From positions 7,456,001 to 7,520,000 of the forward strand of contig OZ250169.1 of assembly GCA_965237955.1 (NCBI GenBank): DNA of 64,000 nt, given 5' to 3'. Made by a program: the position numbers and the translations under genes. Below, one piece after another: positions 28,183 to 39,885 of the stretch. Within the stretch, counting starts at the first letter, position 1. Each line of letters begins with the position of its first letter. The DNA comes from Candidatus Marinacidobacterales bacterium (lineage in GTDB: Bacteria; Acidobacteriota; Vicinamibacteria; Marinacidobacterales; SMYC01). Under the pieces are notes generated by a model that saw only the letters and a list, made by a program, of their open reading frames with translations, ran no database searches and had not been told where the DNA came from.

Positions 28183-30360
28183 CTACGGCTTGAGGTGGCG
28201 CTCCATGTAGTCGAAGACCATCGTCCATAGATGGATGACCGCGTCTGTACCCCGTATCCCGTGGGTCTTGTTGGGATAGAACATCAAGTCGAACTGCTTG
28301 CGGTTTTTGATCAACCCGTCGATGAGCGCGAACGTGTTCTGGGGATGCACGTTGTCGTCGTGGGATCCGTGGATGATGAGCATCCGGCCGCGGTAGTTCT
28401 CGGTGTCGACGACGGACGACGTCCGCTCGTACGCTTCAGGATCTTCTTCGGGAACACCCATATAGCGCTCGGTGTAGATCGAATCGTACAGATGCCAATC
28501 CGTCACCGGGGCGCCGGCGATGCCGATCTTGAACAGGTCGGTGTGCGTCATGTGGAACGTCGTCGTGAAACCACCGCCGCTCCATCCCCAGACACCGGTG
28601 TTCTCGCTGTCGATATAGTGAAGTCCGATCAGGTACTCGACGGCGACCGCGTGATCCTCGACCGCGAGCGGGCCGATGTTGTGATCTCCGAGCGTCGCGT
28701 ACTTGTGGCCCCACACCGCAGCGGTCCGATCGTCGATTTGGGCGACGATGTAGCCTTGCTGCACTAGAAACTGGTGGAACAAGAACCGGCTGCCGCCCCA
28801 TGAATCGCGGATCGTCCCGAACCCGGGCATGCCATAGACGTAGGCGATGAGTGGATATTTTTTCCCGGGCTCGAGTTTCTTCGGCTTCATGAGCAACAGT
28901 CCGACTTTGGCCCCGTCGGGAGTATCGAGGAGCGTCCACTCCGGGGTCACGAGATCGTAGTCGTCGACAGACGCCTGCTCGTAAAACGCTGCCGTGCGGC
29001 CGGAAGCCACATCGTGAAACGTCGTGCCGCCCGGTTCGGTCATCGAAGCGTAGCGATCCAGATACGCGGCCGCCTTCGGGCTCATCGTGATCTGGTGCGT
29101 GCCCTTACCATCGGTCAAGCGTTCCACACCGGTTCCATCCAATTGCACACGATAGAGATCGCGCCCGATGGGGTTGTCGCGGTTCGCGGTGAAGTAGACG
29201 ACTCCTCGCTCCGCATCGAAACCGGCGATACCGACGACTTGCCAATCGCCCTCGGTCAGCGCCCGGATGATACGGCCATCCTTGTCGTGAAGATAGACGT
29301 GCCGAAAACCTGTTCTCTCCGATGTCCACAGAAACCGCCCATCGTCGAGGAAACGCAGTGCCCGCGGAACGTTGATCCAGTGCGGATCGTTCTCGGTGCG
29401 GATCGATTGCGACCGCCCGCTCTTCGGATCGACGTAAATGAGCTCGAGCGTGTCTTGTCCGCGGTTCAGAAGCTGAATGGCGACCGTGTCGCCGTCTTTC
29501 CAGTTGATGCGGGGAATGTACTCGGCGGCCCGATCGATCCACGCGGTTCTCGCCGTTTCGACGTCGACGACGCCCGCGCGGACTCGCGGGTTCGGATCGC
29601 CGGGTTTCGGGTAGCGCTGCAGATCGACGGTGGCCTGACGAGTGACGAGATCGGTAATCGGGTACGTTGGGACGAGGGTCTCGTCGAGCTCAAGATAGGC
29701 GATGTGCCGGCTGTCGGGCGACCAATGGTAGCCGGTGCGGACTCCAAGCTCTTCCGGGTAAACCCAGTCGAGATCGCCATGCAGGATAAGATCCGTTCCT
29801 CCGAACGTGAGCTGCCGCGCGGCATCTCCGTTCGCGGGTCCGGCCGTGGGCACGATCCAAATATCGTGCTCGTACACGAACGCAATCGAACGCCCGTCCG
29901 GAGAAAACTTGGGGTCGAGGACGTTGTTCTTCGAAGGCGCGAGGTGTTCCACTTCCTTCGTGTCCAGATCGTAGACCAGAAGTCCGCCCGAGCTCGTGAA
30001 CAGGATCGACTGCCCGTCCGGCGCCCAGAGATATCCAGGGACACCGAAGCGTGTTCGCCGAGTGCGCTCCCGCTCCTCTTGTGTCGCTTGAGATGGTGAT
30101 GGCGCTAGCTCGCTGAGCTCGTCGGCAGTGACCACAATCCGCCGCTCCAACGACGTGGTGTCGAAAAGCCACAGATTCCGACCACCGTCATCGGAAAGAA
30201 AGTAGCTGAGATTGCCGTCCGGCATCCATCGAATCTGAGATGGCGAGGGCGTCGAAAGCTCGCCCCCAAAAATAGCTTCGATGCTGAGCTGCTTGCCAGA
30301 CTGCGCCTCGGCAAGAGCGACCGGGACAATGATTAGAGCAGCGAACAAGACACGACGCAT
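28183..30360 (-). CDS. S9B dipeptidyl-peptidase IV family protein
   Basis: Signal peptide from ATG 30360 (GGAGG RBS); DWVYPEE, YPKPG, GWSGGG, YDSIYTERYMG, HGSHDDNVH and H.I catalytic motifs. Confidence 0.93.
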   Translation of the reverse strand: MRRVLFAALIIVPVALAEAQSGKQLSIEAIFGGELSTPSPSQIRWMPDGNLSYFLSDDGGRNLWLFDTTSLERRIVVTADELSELAPSPSQATQEERERTRRTRFGVPGYLWAPDGQSILFTSSGGLLVYDLDTKEVEHLAPSKNNVLDPKFSPDGRSIAFVYEHDIWIVPTAGPANGDAARQLTFGGTDLILHGDLDWVYPEELGVRTGYHWSPDSRHIAYLELDETLVPTYPITDLVTRQATVDLQRYPKPGDPNPRVRAGVVDVETARTAWIDRAAEYIPRINWKDGDTVAIQLLNRGQDTLELIYVDPKSGRSQSIRTENDPHWINVPRALRFLDDGRFLWTSERTGFRHVYLHDKDGRIIRALTEGDWQVVGIAGFDAERGVVYFTANRDNPIGRDLYRVQLDGTGVERLTDGKGTHQITMSPKAAAYLDRYASMTEPGGTTFHDVASGRTAAFYEQASVDDYDLVTPEWTLLDTPDGAKVGLLLMKPKKLEPGKKYPLIAYVYGMPGFGTIRDSWGGSRFLFHQFLVQQGYIVAQIDDRTAAVWGHKYATLGDHNIGPLAVEDHAVAVEYLIGLHYIDSENTGVWGWSGGGFTTTFHMTHTDLFKIGIAGAPVTDWHLYDSIYTERYMGVPEEDPEAYERTSSVVDTENYRGRMLIIHGSHDDNVHPQNTFALIDGLIKNRKQFDLMFYPNKTHGIRGTDAVIHLWTMVFDYMERHLKP

Positions 30361-30444
30361 GGAACCTCCGCGCGACACGGTATCAGTCAACGAGAAACGG
30401 TTCAACGCGGGGTTCGATACAGTGATTTCACTGGAGCCGTCCCA

Positions 30445-30650
30445 TGTCGTCTCTTTTTTCGACTTTCGTCTCATCGTCCGTGGCTTTTGGCGGCGCCCAG
30501 GATTCGCGATCGCGGCAACATTTCCCCTGGCGCTAGCCATGGGCGCCAACACCACACTGTTTCGCGTTACCGACGAGTTCGTGCTGCAGCCTGCGCTTTG
30601 ATGGATCCCCACGAGCTCTACGCGTTGTGGGAAACGAGCGCTCGCCGCGA
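30445..30650 (+). pseudogene. ADOP/MacB-type ABC permease N-terminal remnant
   Basis: DFRLIVRGFWRRPGFAIAATFPLALAMGANTTLF...VLQP*, then DPHELYALWE. Confidence 0.7.
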
Positions 30651-30809
30651 AGGACTCATGAGCGAAATCTCCCAATGGAGTTTGGCGGCCTCGGTCAACT
30701 TCTCGGGGGCCCAAGAGGGATGGTGACGCCGGGTGAGGACGAAGATCAAGCGTGAGACCTACGGATGAATTAAATGGAAGGGACAGGCTCCGTTTCACCA
30801 TGGAAACGC

Positions 30810-30855
30810 CGTTGACATGTGATTTTGATGAAAGTAAGCTGTTCACATGTCAACG
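30810..30855 (+). promoter_or_regulatory. vapBC promoter and operator
   Basis: TTGACA(30812)-17 nt-TAAGCT(30835), with ATG 6 nt later. Perfect 13-bp inverted repeat CGTTGACATGTGA (30810-30822) / TCACATGTCAACG (30843-30855). Confidence 0.8.
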
Positions 30856-31077
30856 ATGATCCAGATCCGCAACGTTCCCGAGAAAATGCACGGCCGGCTC
30901 AAAGCGATGGCAGCACTCGCGGGGATGACGCTGTCCGAATACATCCTGCGAGAGCTAAAGAAAGACCTCGAGAGACCAACGCGTGAAGAGTTGCTGGATC
31001 GCATAGCGAAACTTCCCGGCGTGAAACTTTCGAAAACGCCAGCGGAAATCTTACGAGAGGAACGAGATCGTCGTTGA
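30847..31077 (+). CDS. Ribbon-helix-helix (FitA/VapB-like) antitoxin
   Basis: IQIRNVPEKMH.RLKA.AA..G.TLSEY...ILREERDRR; 4-nt overlap with the PIN gene. Confidence 0.85.
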   Translation: MSTMIQIRNVPEKMHGRLKAMAALAGMTLSEYILRELKKDLERPTREELLDRIAKLPGVKLSKTPAEILREERDRR

Positions 31078-31469
31078 TCGTTCTCGGCGCCTCCGCACTC
31101 GTCGATCTCCTTCTCAACACCGAGCCGGGTGGAAGGCTCGCTCGACGCGTCCGTTCCTCCAGGGTGACGTTGCACGCTCCGCACCTCATTGATCTCAAGA
31201 TCGCGCAAACCCTCCGACGATACGTGCGACAAGGCGACATTGAAGAGGAGCGCGCGCAGATCGCTCTGCAGCATCTCGCCGTTCTCGATTTGAACCGGTA
31301 TGCGCATTCGGATTTCCTGCCGAGGATCTGGGCGCTGAAGGAAAACGTTACCGCCTATGACGCCGCCTACGCCGCCCTTGCCGAAGCACTTGGAGCGATC
31401 CTGGTGACGGGTGACCACCACCTGGCGAAAGCACCGGGGATCCGCGCCGAGATCGAGGTCCTCGGGTAG
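31074..31469 (+). CDS. vapC: VapC PIN-domain toxin (first acidic residue replaced by Gly)
   Basis: MIVLGASAL, HAPHLIDL, NVTAYDAAYAALAE and LVTGD motifs. Confidence 0.85.
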   Translation: MIVLGASALVDLLLNTEPGGRLARRVRSSRVTLHAPHLIDLKIAQTLRRYVRQGDIEEERAQIALQHLAVLDLNRYAHSDFLPRIWALKENVTAYDAAYAALAEALGAILVTGDHHLAKAPGIRAEIEVLG

Positions 31470-31630
31470 GTTTGCAACTTGTTCCACCGCATGCCGAAAG
31501 TTCGGGTCTCACGGCTTGTTGCGATGCGGAATGAATGATGGTGCCGTCCCAAAGGAGTGACGTGGAGGTTTGGTGCTGTACGGGGAGGTCGCCGTTGGCA
31601 GCTCCGGAGTCGAGTTTGGCTTCGGGGGGC

Positions 31631-31689
31631 GCCCCCTCACCCGGCTCGAAGTGCCCGAGCGAGCCGCCCTCTCCCAAGAGGGGGAGAGG
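31631..31689. repeat. REP-like element (CCCTCACCC...CCCTCTCCC..GGGAGAGG type)
   Basis: ccccctcacccggctcg...cgagccgccctctcccaagagggggagagg, two hairpins between the convergent vapC and sufT. Confidence 0.65.
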
Positions 31690-31716
31690 ATAGAGAATGC
31701 TTGACTCGACCTGCGG

Positions 31717-32085
31717 TTAGAACATTCCCAGCTGGAGTCTCGCGGCCTCCGTCATCTTTTCGGGGGTCCATGTGGGCTCCCAGACAACTTCGACTTTGGC
31801 GGAGCTCACGCCTTCGATGCTCCCGACTTTCGTTTCGACTTCGGGCGGGAGCGAGCCCGCGGCGGGGCACGCCGGGGACGTCAACGTCATTTTGATGTCG
31901 ACCGCGCCGTCGTCGGCGACGTTGATGTCATAGATCAGGCCGAGCGCGTAGATATCGACCGGAATCTCCGGGTCGTAACAGGTTTTGATCACCTCGACGA
32001 TTTTTTCCTCGAGGGTTGGCTCTGCTTGTTCCTGTTCCTGTTCCTGTTCCTGTTCCGGTACCGGTGCCTTTGTTTCTTCGTCCAT
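31717..32085 (-). CDS. sufT: DUF59 Fe-S cluster assembly protein (SufT/PaaD-like)
   Basis: YDPEIPVDIYALGLIY, MTLTSPACP and VWEPTW...M.EAARLQLG motifs. (GGAACA)5 repeat at 32027-32056 encodes an EQ tract. Confidence 0.9.
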   Translation of the reverse strand: MDEETKAPVPEQEQEQEQEQAEPTLEEKIVEVIKTCYDPEIPVDIYALGLIYDINVADDGAVDIKMTLTSPACPAAGSLPPEVETKVGSIEGVSSAKVEVVWEPTWTPEKMTEAARLQLGMF

Positions 32086-32090
32086 CAGAT

Positions 32091-32543
32091 TTACTCCGTC
32101 GAGACGGCTTCTTCCTTGTCAACGAGCGCCGCCTTCAGCGTGTGCCACGCGAGGGTCGCGCATTTGACGCGTACCGGATAATCGCGCACGCCAGCGAAGA
32201 CGGCGAGCTTACCCAGAGCCTCTTCCTCAGCGCCTTTTTTGCCGGTAACAACGTCGTGGAACGCACCGAATAGCGCTTCGGCTTCCACCTCGGTCTTTCC
32301 CTTCAACGCCTCAGTCATCATAGACGCGGACGCGGTCGAGATGGCGCAGCCGGCGCCCTTGAAGCTCACGTCTCGGATGACACCATCCTCGACGAGGATA
32401 TAGAGCGAGAGTCGGTCTCCGCACAAAGGGTTGTGACCCTTGGCGTCGTGCGACGCGTTCTCGATCTCACGAAAATTCCGCGGGTTCTTGGTGTGATCGA
32501 GGATGACCTCTTGATACAGCTCCCGCAGCGCGTCCGTCAGCAT
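32091..32543 (-). CDS. sufU: SUF system NifU-like scaffold/sulfur transfer protein
   Basis: LYQEVILDH, NPLCGD, GCAISTASAS and RVKCATLAWH motifs. Confidence 0.95.
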   Translation of the reverse strand: MLTDALRELYQEVILDHTKNPRNFREIENASHDAKGHNPLCGDRLSLYILVEDGVIRDVSFKGAGCAISTASASMMTEALKGKTEVEAEALFGAFHDVVTGKKGAEEEALGKLAVFAGVRDYPVRVKCATLAWHTLKAALVDKEEAVSTE

Positions 32544-33811
32544 CAGCCAAAAACCTCGCGCACGGTAGCAAGCCCTTGCACCAGCCGATCGATGTCCTCA
32601 CGGGTGTTGTAGAGGGCGAGCGATGCACGCGCGGTTGCCGCCACCCCGAAACGATCCATCACCGGCTGGGCGCAGTGGTGGCCGGTGCGAACGGCGATGC
32701 CCTCTTGGTCGAGGATGGTTCCGACGTCGTGCGGGTGAATGCCATCGAGCACGAACGAGAGAACGCTCGCCTTGTGGTTCGCTTCACCCACGATGCGAAG
32801 GCCGGGAATCTCCCTCAAGGCGTTGGTGCCATAGTCGAGGAGCTCTTCTTCGTAGGCGGCGATCCCGTCCATGCCGATGCCGTTCAAATAGTCGACCGTT
32901 GCACCGAGACCCACGGCGCCGGCGATGTTGGGAGTGCCGGCCTCGAAGCGGAACGGCAGCCGGTTGTAAGTGGTCTTCTCGAAGCTGACGGTGCTGATCA
33001 TGTCCCCGCCACCCTGATACGGCTGCATTTTCTCGAGAAGCGACTCCTTCGCATAGAGCACGCCGATGCCTGAAGGTCCGAACATCTTGTGCGCGGAGAT
33101 GGTGTAGAAATCGCAATCGAGCTCTCTCACGTCGATCGCTACGTGCGGGGCGGCTTGCGCTCCATCGATGAGAACGGGAACGCCCTGCTCGTGCGCAAGC
33201 TCGATGATGGTGCGGACGGGGTTGATAGTGCCGAGCGCGTTCGACACGTGTCCCACAGCGACGATCTTGGTTTTGGAGCCGAGGAGTTTCTCGAGCTCTT
33301 CCATCTCGAGCTCACCGCGATCGCTGATGGGAACGACTTTGAGATTCGCCCCTGTCCGCTCACACAGCATTTGCCACGGGACGATGTTCGAGTGGTGCTC
33401 CATCGTGGTGATGAGCACTTCGTCACCCTCACCGACGTTGGCACGCCCGTAGGATTCCGCCACGAGGTTGATGCCTTCGGTCGTGCCGCGCACGAAGATG
33501 ATCTCGCGCTCCGACGCCGCGCCCATGAACGCTTGCACCTTCAGCCGGGCGCTTTCATACGCTTTGGTCGCGCGCTCCGAGAGCTCGTGGACGCCACGAT
33601 GAATGTTGGCGTAATCATGGGCGTAGAAACCAGAAATCGCATCGATGACTTGCTGCGGCTTCTGAGCGCTGGCCGCATTGTCGAGATAGACGAGCGGCTT
33701 CCCCTTGATCATCTGATGGAGACCGGGAAACTCGCTTCGAATCCGATCCACGTCGAACGCTCGATTCGACGCGCTTCGAGTGGGGAGCTCGGTATTGCTG
33801 GGAGCAGTCAT
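32543..33811 (-). CDS. sufS: Cysteine desulfurase
   Basis: YLDNAASAQKP, EHHSN, SAHKMFGP, FEAGTP and RTGHHCAQP motifs. Start is 33811 or 33820. Confidence 0.95.
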   Translation of the reverse strand: MTAPSNTELPTRSASNRAFDVDRIRSEFPGLHQMIKGKPLVYLDNAASAQKPQQVIDAISGFYAHDYANIHRGVHELSERATKAYESARLKVQAFMGAASEREIIFVRGTTEGINLVAESYGRANVGEGDEVLITTMEHHSNIVPWQMLCERTGANLKVVPISDRGELEMEELEKLLGSKTKIVAVGHVSNALGTINPVRTIIELAHEQGVPVLIDGAQAAPHVAIDVRELDCDFYTISAHKMFGPSGIGVLYAKESLLEKMQPYQGGGDMISTVSFEKTTYNRLPFRFEAGTPNIAGAVGLGATVDYLNGIGMDGIAAYEEELLDYGTNALREIPGLRIVGEANHKASVLSFVLDGIHPHDVGTILDQEGIAVRTGHHCAQPVMDRFGVAATARASLALYNTREDIDRLVQGLATVREVFG

Positions 33812-33829
33812 GCCTTGCACCTCTTCAAG

Positions 33830-35173
33830 CTACGCCGCTTCACTGAACAGGAGTCCCCGCAGAGTGTCGCGGACGGCGGCGAGGCGAATGCGATCGCTGA
33901 CGTCGGCCATGAACCCCTCGGTGAGAATTCTTCGGGCGTCCTTATGTGCGATCCCCCGCGATCGAAGGTAGAACACTGCTTCGGGGTCGAGCTGCCCGAT
34001 GGTCGCGCCGTGAGCGCACTTCACGTCGTCGGCGTTGATCTCGAGCTGCGGATTCGTGTTGACGAGCGCATCGTCCGAGAGCAGCAAGTTCTTGTTCGAT
34101 TGCTGCGAGTCCGTCTTCTGCGCGTCCGCGCGCACGATGATGCGGCCGTTGAAGACGCCGCTCGACGCGTCGTCGAGAACACCCTTGTAGAGCTCGCGGC
34201 TCGTGCAATGCGGGACACGGTGGTCGATGACCGTATGGTGGTCGACGTGCTGGCTGCCTTTGACTACATACAACCCGTTCAGGGTGACGTCGGCGCCTTC
34301 CCCGTCGAGCTCACAACGGATGTCGTGGCGTGCAAGCCGAGCGCCGAGCGACAACGAATGATTGGACACAGTGGCGCTTCGTCCTTGCACGTAACCGAGG
34401 CTCGCCATGTGGAACGCAGAAGCGCTCTCGCGCTGTAGCTTGTAATGGTCGATGACGGCGCCCTCGTGAGCGAGAACCTGGGTCACCGCGTTCGTCCAGT
34501 AGACCGCGTCGTCTGGACCGCCATAGCTCTCGAGGATTCGGAGCTGGCTTCCCGCTTCGGCGACAATCACGTTCCGTGGGTGCGTCACCACGACCTCGCT
34601 GGAGCTCGTCAGGAACACGAGGTGGATCGGCCGCTCGAGCGCGACGCCTTCGGGTACGTAGACGAATGCCCCGTCGGACAGAAACGCCTCGTTCAAATCG
34701 AAGAACGGCGTGTGGTCCTCACCGCCTTGAGTCAGGGTCCGTTGCAGTGCGTCGGCGTGCACTGATGATGCCGATGCCAACACCTCCGCCAGGCTCGTCA
34801 CCACGACGCCGTCGGGAAGCTCGCCCGGCGACGACAGTGCCTTCGAAACACGTCCGTTGACGAACACCAGCTCGTGACTCTCGAGCTTGCCGAGACCGAA
34901 GCGCTTCTTCAACGCCTTGGCATCATCCTCGGCGTCCGCGCGCGGCAATACGGACAGGGTGAAAGGCGCCGAAGCCAGCGGGGCCACATTCGTGAACCGC
35001 CACTCTTCGTCGCGCGTCGTCGGAAATCCCTTGTCGAGAAAACGCTCGAGAGCATTCTTCCGGACGAGCGCGAGCCAACCGGGCTCGTCGTGTGCCTGCG
35101 CTGTTTTGTGCTCGAGAAACTGCGTGCGGAACCGACTCAACGGGTCGATCGAGTCGTTGATGGAATCAGGCAC
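33830..35173 (-). CDS. sufD: Fe-S cluster assembly protein SufD
   Basis: FPTTRDEEWRFT, VFVNG, FNGRIIV..DAQKT and PQLEINADDVKCAHGAT motifs. Confidence 0.95.
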   Translation of the reverse strand: MPDSINDSIDPLSRFRTQFLEHKTAQAHDEPGWLALVRKNALERFLDKGFPTTRDEEWRFTNVAPLASAPFTLSVLPRADAEDDAKALKKRFGLGKLESHELVFVNGRVSKALSSPGELPDGVVVTSLAEVLASASSVHADALQRTLTQGGEDHTPFFDLNEAFLSDGAFVYVPEGVALERPIHLVFLTSSSEVVVTHPRNVIVAEAGSQLRILESYGGPDDAVYWTNAVTQVLAHEGAVIDHYKLQRESASAFHMASLGYVQGRSATVSNHSLSLGARLARHDIRCELDGEGADVTLNGLYVVKGSQHVDHHTVIDHRVPHCTSRELYKGVLDDASSGVFNGRIIVRADAQKTDSQQSNKNLLLSDDALVNTNPQLEINADDVKCAHGATIGQLDPEAVFYLRSRGIAHKDARRILTEGFMADVSDRIRLAAVRDTLRGLLFSEAA

Positions 35174-35177
35174 GACG

Positions 35178-35936
<759 letters not shown>

Positions 35937-35939
35937 TTC

Positions 35940-37394
<1,455 letters not shown>

Positions 37395-37406
37395 TGTGAT
37401 TCCTTG

Positions 37407-37892
37407 CTAGCTCTGTATCACCGGGAGGTGGACGTCCTGGTTCGTGTCAGGATCAGTGTCCGCAGGGTCCACCCCTGTCAAGAATTGGAAATCTTCATCG
37501 CACATGGAGGCAATGGTCACGCGCGACAGCGTGAGGAGAACGTGATCGTTCAGCCGTTGGAGCGGGCTTTTGATATTGCACGTATCGAACTGGTCGCAAG
37601 CGCCGAGGTCGGTCAGGCACTGCGTCAGCGACAGGGGCCCTTCTTCCACGATCTCGATGACGTGGACGACGGTGATCGCGTCGGCCGCCCGTCGAAGCTG
37701 GTAGCCGCCTTTGGTCCCTTGATGGGAGATGACCAGCCCCTCGCGGGCGAGTTTTTGGAGGACCTTGGCGAGGAGGTCCTGGGGCATACCGTAGACTGCG
37801 GCCATCTCTCGCGTGGAGCACGAACCGTCGTGGCCCGCCAGGTGCATCAGCGCCATGAGGGCGTAGTCCACTTTCTTGGATAGCTTCAGCAT
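37407..37892 (-). CDS. Rrf2 family (IscR/SufR-like) regulator
   Basis: LSKKVDYAL, SHQGTKGGYQL, three Cys (C-x6-C-x5-C). First gene of the suf operon. Confidence 0.92.
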   Translation of the reverse strand: MLKLSKKVDYALMALMHLAGHDGSCSTREMAAVYGMPQDLLAKVLQKLAREGLVISHQGTKGGYQLRRAADAITVVHVIEIVEEGPLSLTQCLTDLGACDQFDTCNIKSPLQRLNDHVLLTLSRVTIASMCDEDFQFLTGVDPADTDPDTNQDVHLPVIQS

Positions 37893-37926
37893 TGAAGGAA
37901 TTTCGAGTTTCTCGGGGTCGCTCTAA

Positions 37927-38034
37927 CTACGACCAATTTGGTCGGATATATAGTAATACGTCAGCAGAGCGGTGTCAACGAGTAAATACCGCTGAATTAG
38001 GCACATACAATATAGGACCCCTTCAGTCCTATAT
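37927..38034 (-). promoter_or_regulatory. suf promoter with two GAC-N7-GTC palindromes
   Basis: Minus-strand TTGACA (37978-37973)-17 nt-TACTAT (37955-37950). Palindromes CGACCA-ATT-TGGTCG (37930-37944) and ATATAGGAC-N7-GTCCTATAT (38010-38034). Confidence 0.75.
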
Positions 38035-38060
38035 ATAGTAGTCGCGGGCTGGGGGTGGCG

Positions 38061-39671
38061 TCAAGCCAAAGTGCGCAACCGCTCGAGGCCACTAATCACG
38101 TCGACGTCCACGTCCCGTCCCAGATGGACTCTCAGGGCACGCCGGCCGTGCTCGGCCAGGACCTCGAAATCGCCACTGGCCTGGAAACGGTTCAGCTGAC
38201 CGAAGCTCAGGCGCTGTCCCGGTATGTGGAGGTCGGTGGGGCTGTCCGCAGTGAGCTGCAAAAACACCCCTCGGTTGGGACCTCCTTTGTGGAGCTGTCC
38301 GGTGGAGTGCAGAAACCGAGGCCCGTAGCCGAGCGTGGTCGCAACCCGCTTCCGATCGCGCACCCGCTCGCGGAGCGTCTGTAGCAGCCGGTGGTTCTCC
38401 GGGCTCATTTCGAGGTAGGCGTGGATCGCGAAGTAGTCGCCCGGCTCCAGCAGGTCGAGATGGGTGCGGATGGCCTCATCCGGTGGAAACGTGTCGTCCT
38501 CGTCGGGGAGCTCACCGGTCTCCTCGTAGCGCGTCGCGAGGGCGCGCGTCTTGACCTTGCTCGCTTCCACATCGGGTTGGTCGAACGGATTGAGCCCGAG
38601 CACGGCACCGGCCACCGCGGTCGCCATCTCCCATCGGAAAAACTCCTGCGCGAGGTTTTCGGGCGTCGCGACGAGAATACGGATGAGAGGATGGCCTTCG
38701 GTCAAGGCAGGCGGGTCGGAGTCATCGCGATCCAGCTGTACGAACACACGGTCGTCGCCGTAGACGTCTGGAGCTCCGGCCGGCTCGCCGTCAACCGGAA
38801 CAATACCCTGCTCCCCCTTGCCGGTCGACTCCGCGACGAGCTGCTCGATCCAGGCACCAAGAGACGATAGCTCGGGAGACGCCACGAGGGTGAGCTTGTC
38901 CCGACCCGCCCGCGCCAGGGTGGCGAGCGCGACGCCGAGCACGACGCCGGGATTGTCCTCGGGAGGGACGTCGGCAGCGCATGCATCCGCCATCTCGTGC
39001 GCGCGCTCGAGGAAACGCCGGACGTCGAGCCCCATGGCGGCCGCCGGCACTATCCCGAAGTTCGAAAGCGCAGAGAACCGCCCCCCGATGGTGGGCTCGC
39101 CCGGGTAAACATTCCGATAGCCCTTCCTTCGGGCCATCTCCTCGAGCGCGGTTCCCGGATCGGTGACGGCGATGAACTGCGACCCGTTTCCGACCTTGTC
39201 GAAAAAGTAGCTCTCGAACGCGATGGGCTCGGCCGTGGTTCCCGACTTGGATGCCACCACGAAAAGAGTCTTCGACAAATCCAAGTGCGACTCGAGCGTC
39301 GCGATCTGATCGGGTACGGTCGAGTCCAGAATCTGAAGCTCCGGAAAATCCGGACGCCGCCCGAACGTGCGGCTCAAGACGTCGGGAGCGAGGCTCGAGC
39401 CTCCCATCCCGAGCACGACGACGTCGTCGAATCCGCCGCGCGTGACGTCTCGTTGCAGCGCGTTCACAGACTCGAGATCCGCGAGTTGACGTGAGGCAAT
39501 GTCGAGCCATCCGAGCCAAAGGGCCTCGTCGTCTCCCGTCCACAGGCCCGCATCTCGATTCCACAGGCGGTTGACCTTGTTCCCTTGCTTCCAATCGCCG
39601 AGGCATGCGTCGACGGCGGACTGAAGGTCTCCCAATTTCAAAACTTGCGGATTCAGCCCTTGCGCGCTCAT
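38061..39671 (-). CDS. pgi: Glucose-6-phosphate isomerase (Tal-Pgi C-terminal type)
   Basis: GMGGSSL, SKSGTT.E, TDPG, IGGRFSALS, EQLVAESTGK, NPFDQPDVE.SK and HSTGQLHKGG motifs. Confidence 0.9.
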   Translation of the reverse strand: MSAQGLNPQVLKLGDLQSAVDACLGDWKQGNKVNRLWNRDAGLWTGDDEALWLGWLDIASRQLADLESVNALQRDVTRGGFDDVVVLGMGGSSLAPDVLSRTFGRRPDFPELQILDSTVPDQIATLESHLDLSKTLFVVASKSGTTAEPIAFESYFFDKVGNGSQFIAVTDPGTALEEMARRKGYRNVYPGEPTIGGRFSALSNFGIVPAAAMGLDVRRFLERAHEMADACAADVPPEDNPGVVLGVALATLARAGRDKLTLVASPELSSLGAWIEQLVAESTGKGEQGIVPVDGEPAGAPDVYGDDRVFVQLDRDDSDPPALTEGHPLIRILVATPENLAQEFFRWEMATAVAGAVLGLNPFDQPDVEASKVKTRALATRYEETGELPDEDDTFPPDEAIRTHLDLLEPGDYFAIHAYLEMSPENHRLLQTLRERVRDRKRVATTLGYGPRFLHSTGQLHKGGPNRGVFLQLTADSPTDLHIPGQRLSFGQLNRFQASGDFEVLAEHGRRALRVHLGRDVDVDVISGLERLRTLA

Positions 39672-39885
39672 GGCGGGTCAGTTTACTCGATTTACTACAA
39701 AGGCTTTTGGTATCTAGCATTCGGTTCAATTCGCGCCGTGCTTGTAACCCGCGTCTGGCTTACCGGCAGAACGCTGCTTGCTATGCGACGACGCCCTTTG
39801 CCGGCACCGCGGGGTCTGAGCCGAAGGACCCGCGCTCTGTGCTAGTCTTCGTGCTAATCTTTCGATGCCGCCGAGAGGCCAACTG

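Noticed and set aside
30361-30846. 161-aa N-terminal extension of the DPP-IV ORF, and similar extensions on the acyl-CoA ligase, disulfide reductase and exbD ORFs
   Set aside because: Better internal starts exist, supported by an RBS, a signal peptide or the domain start, and the extensions overlap opposite-strand features.
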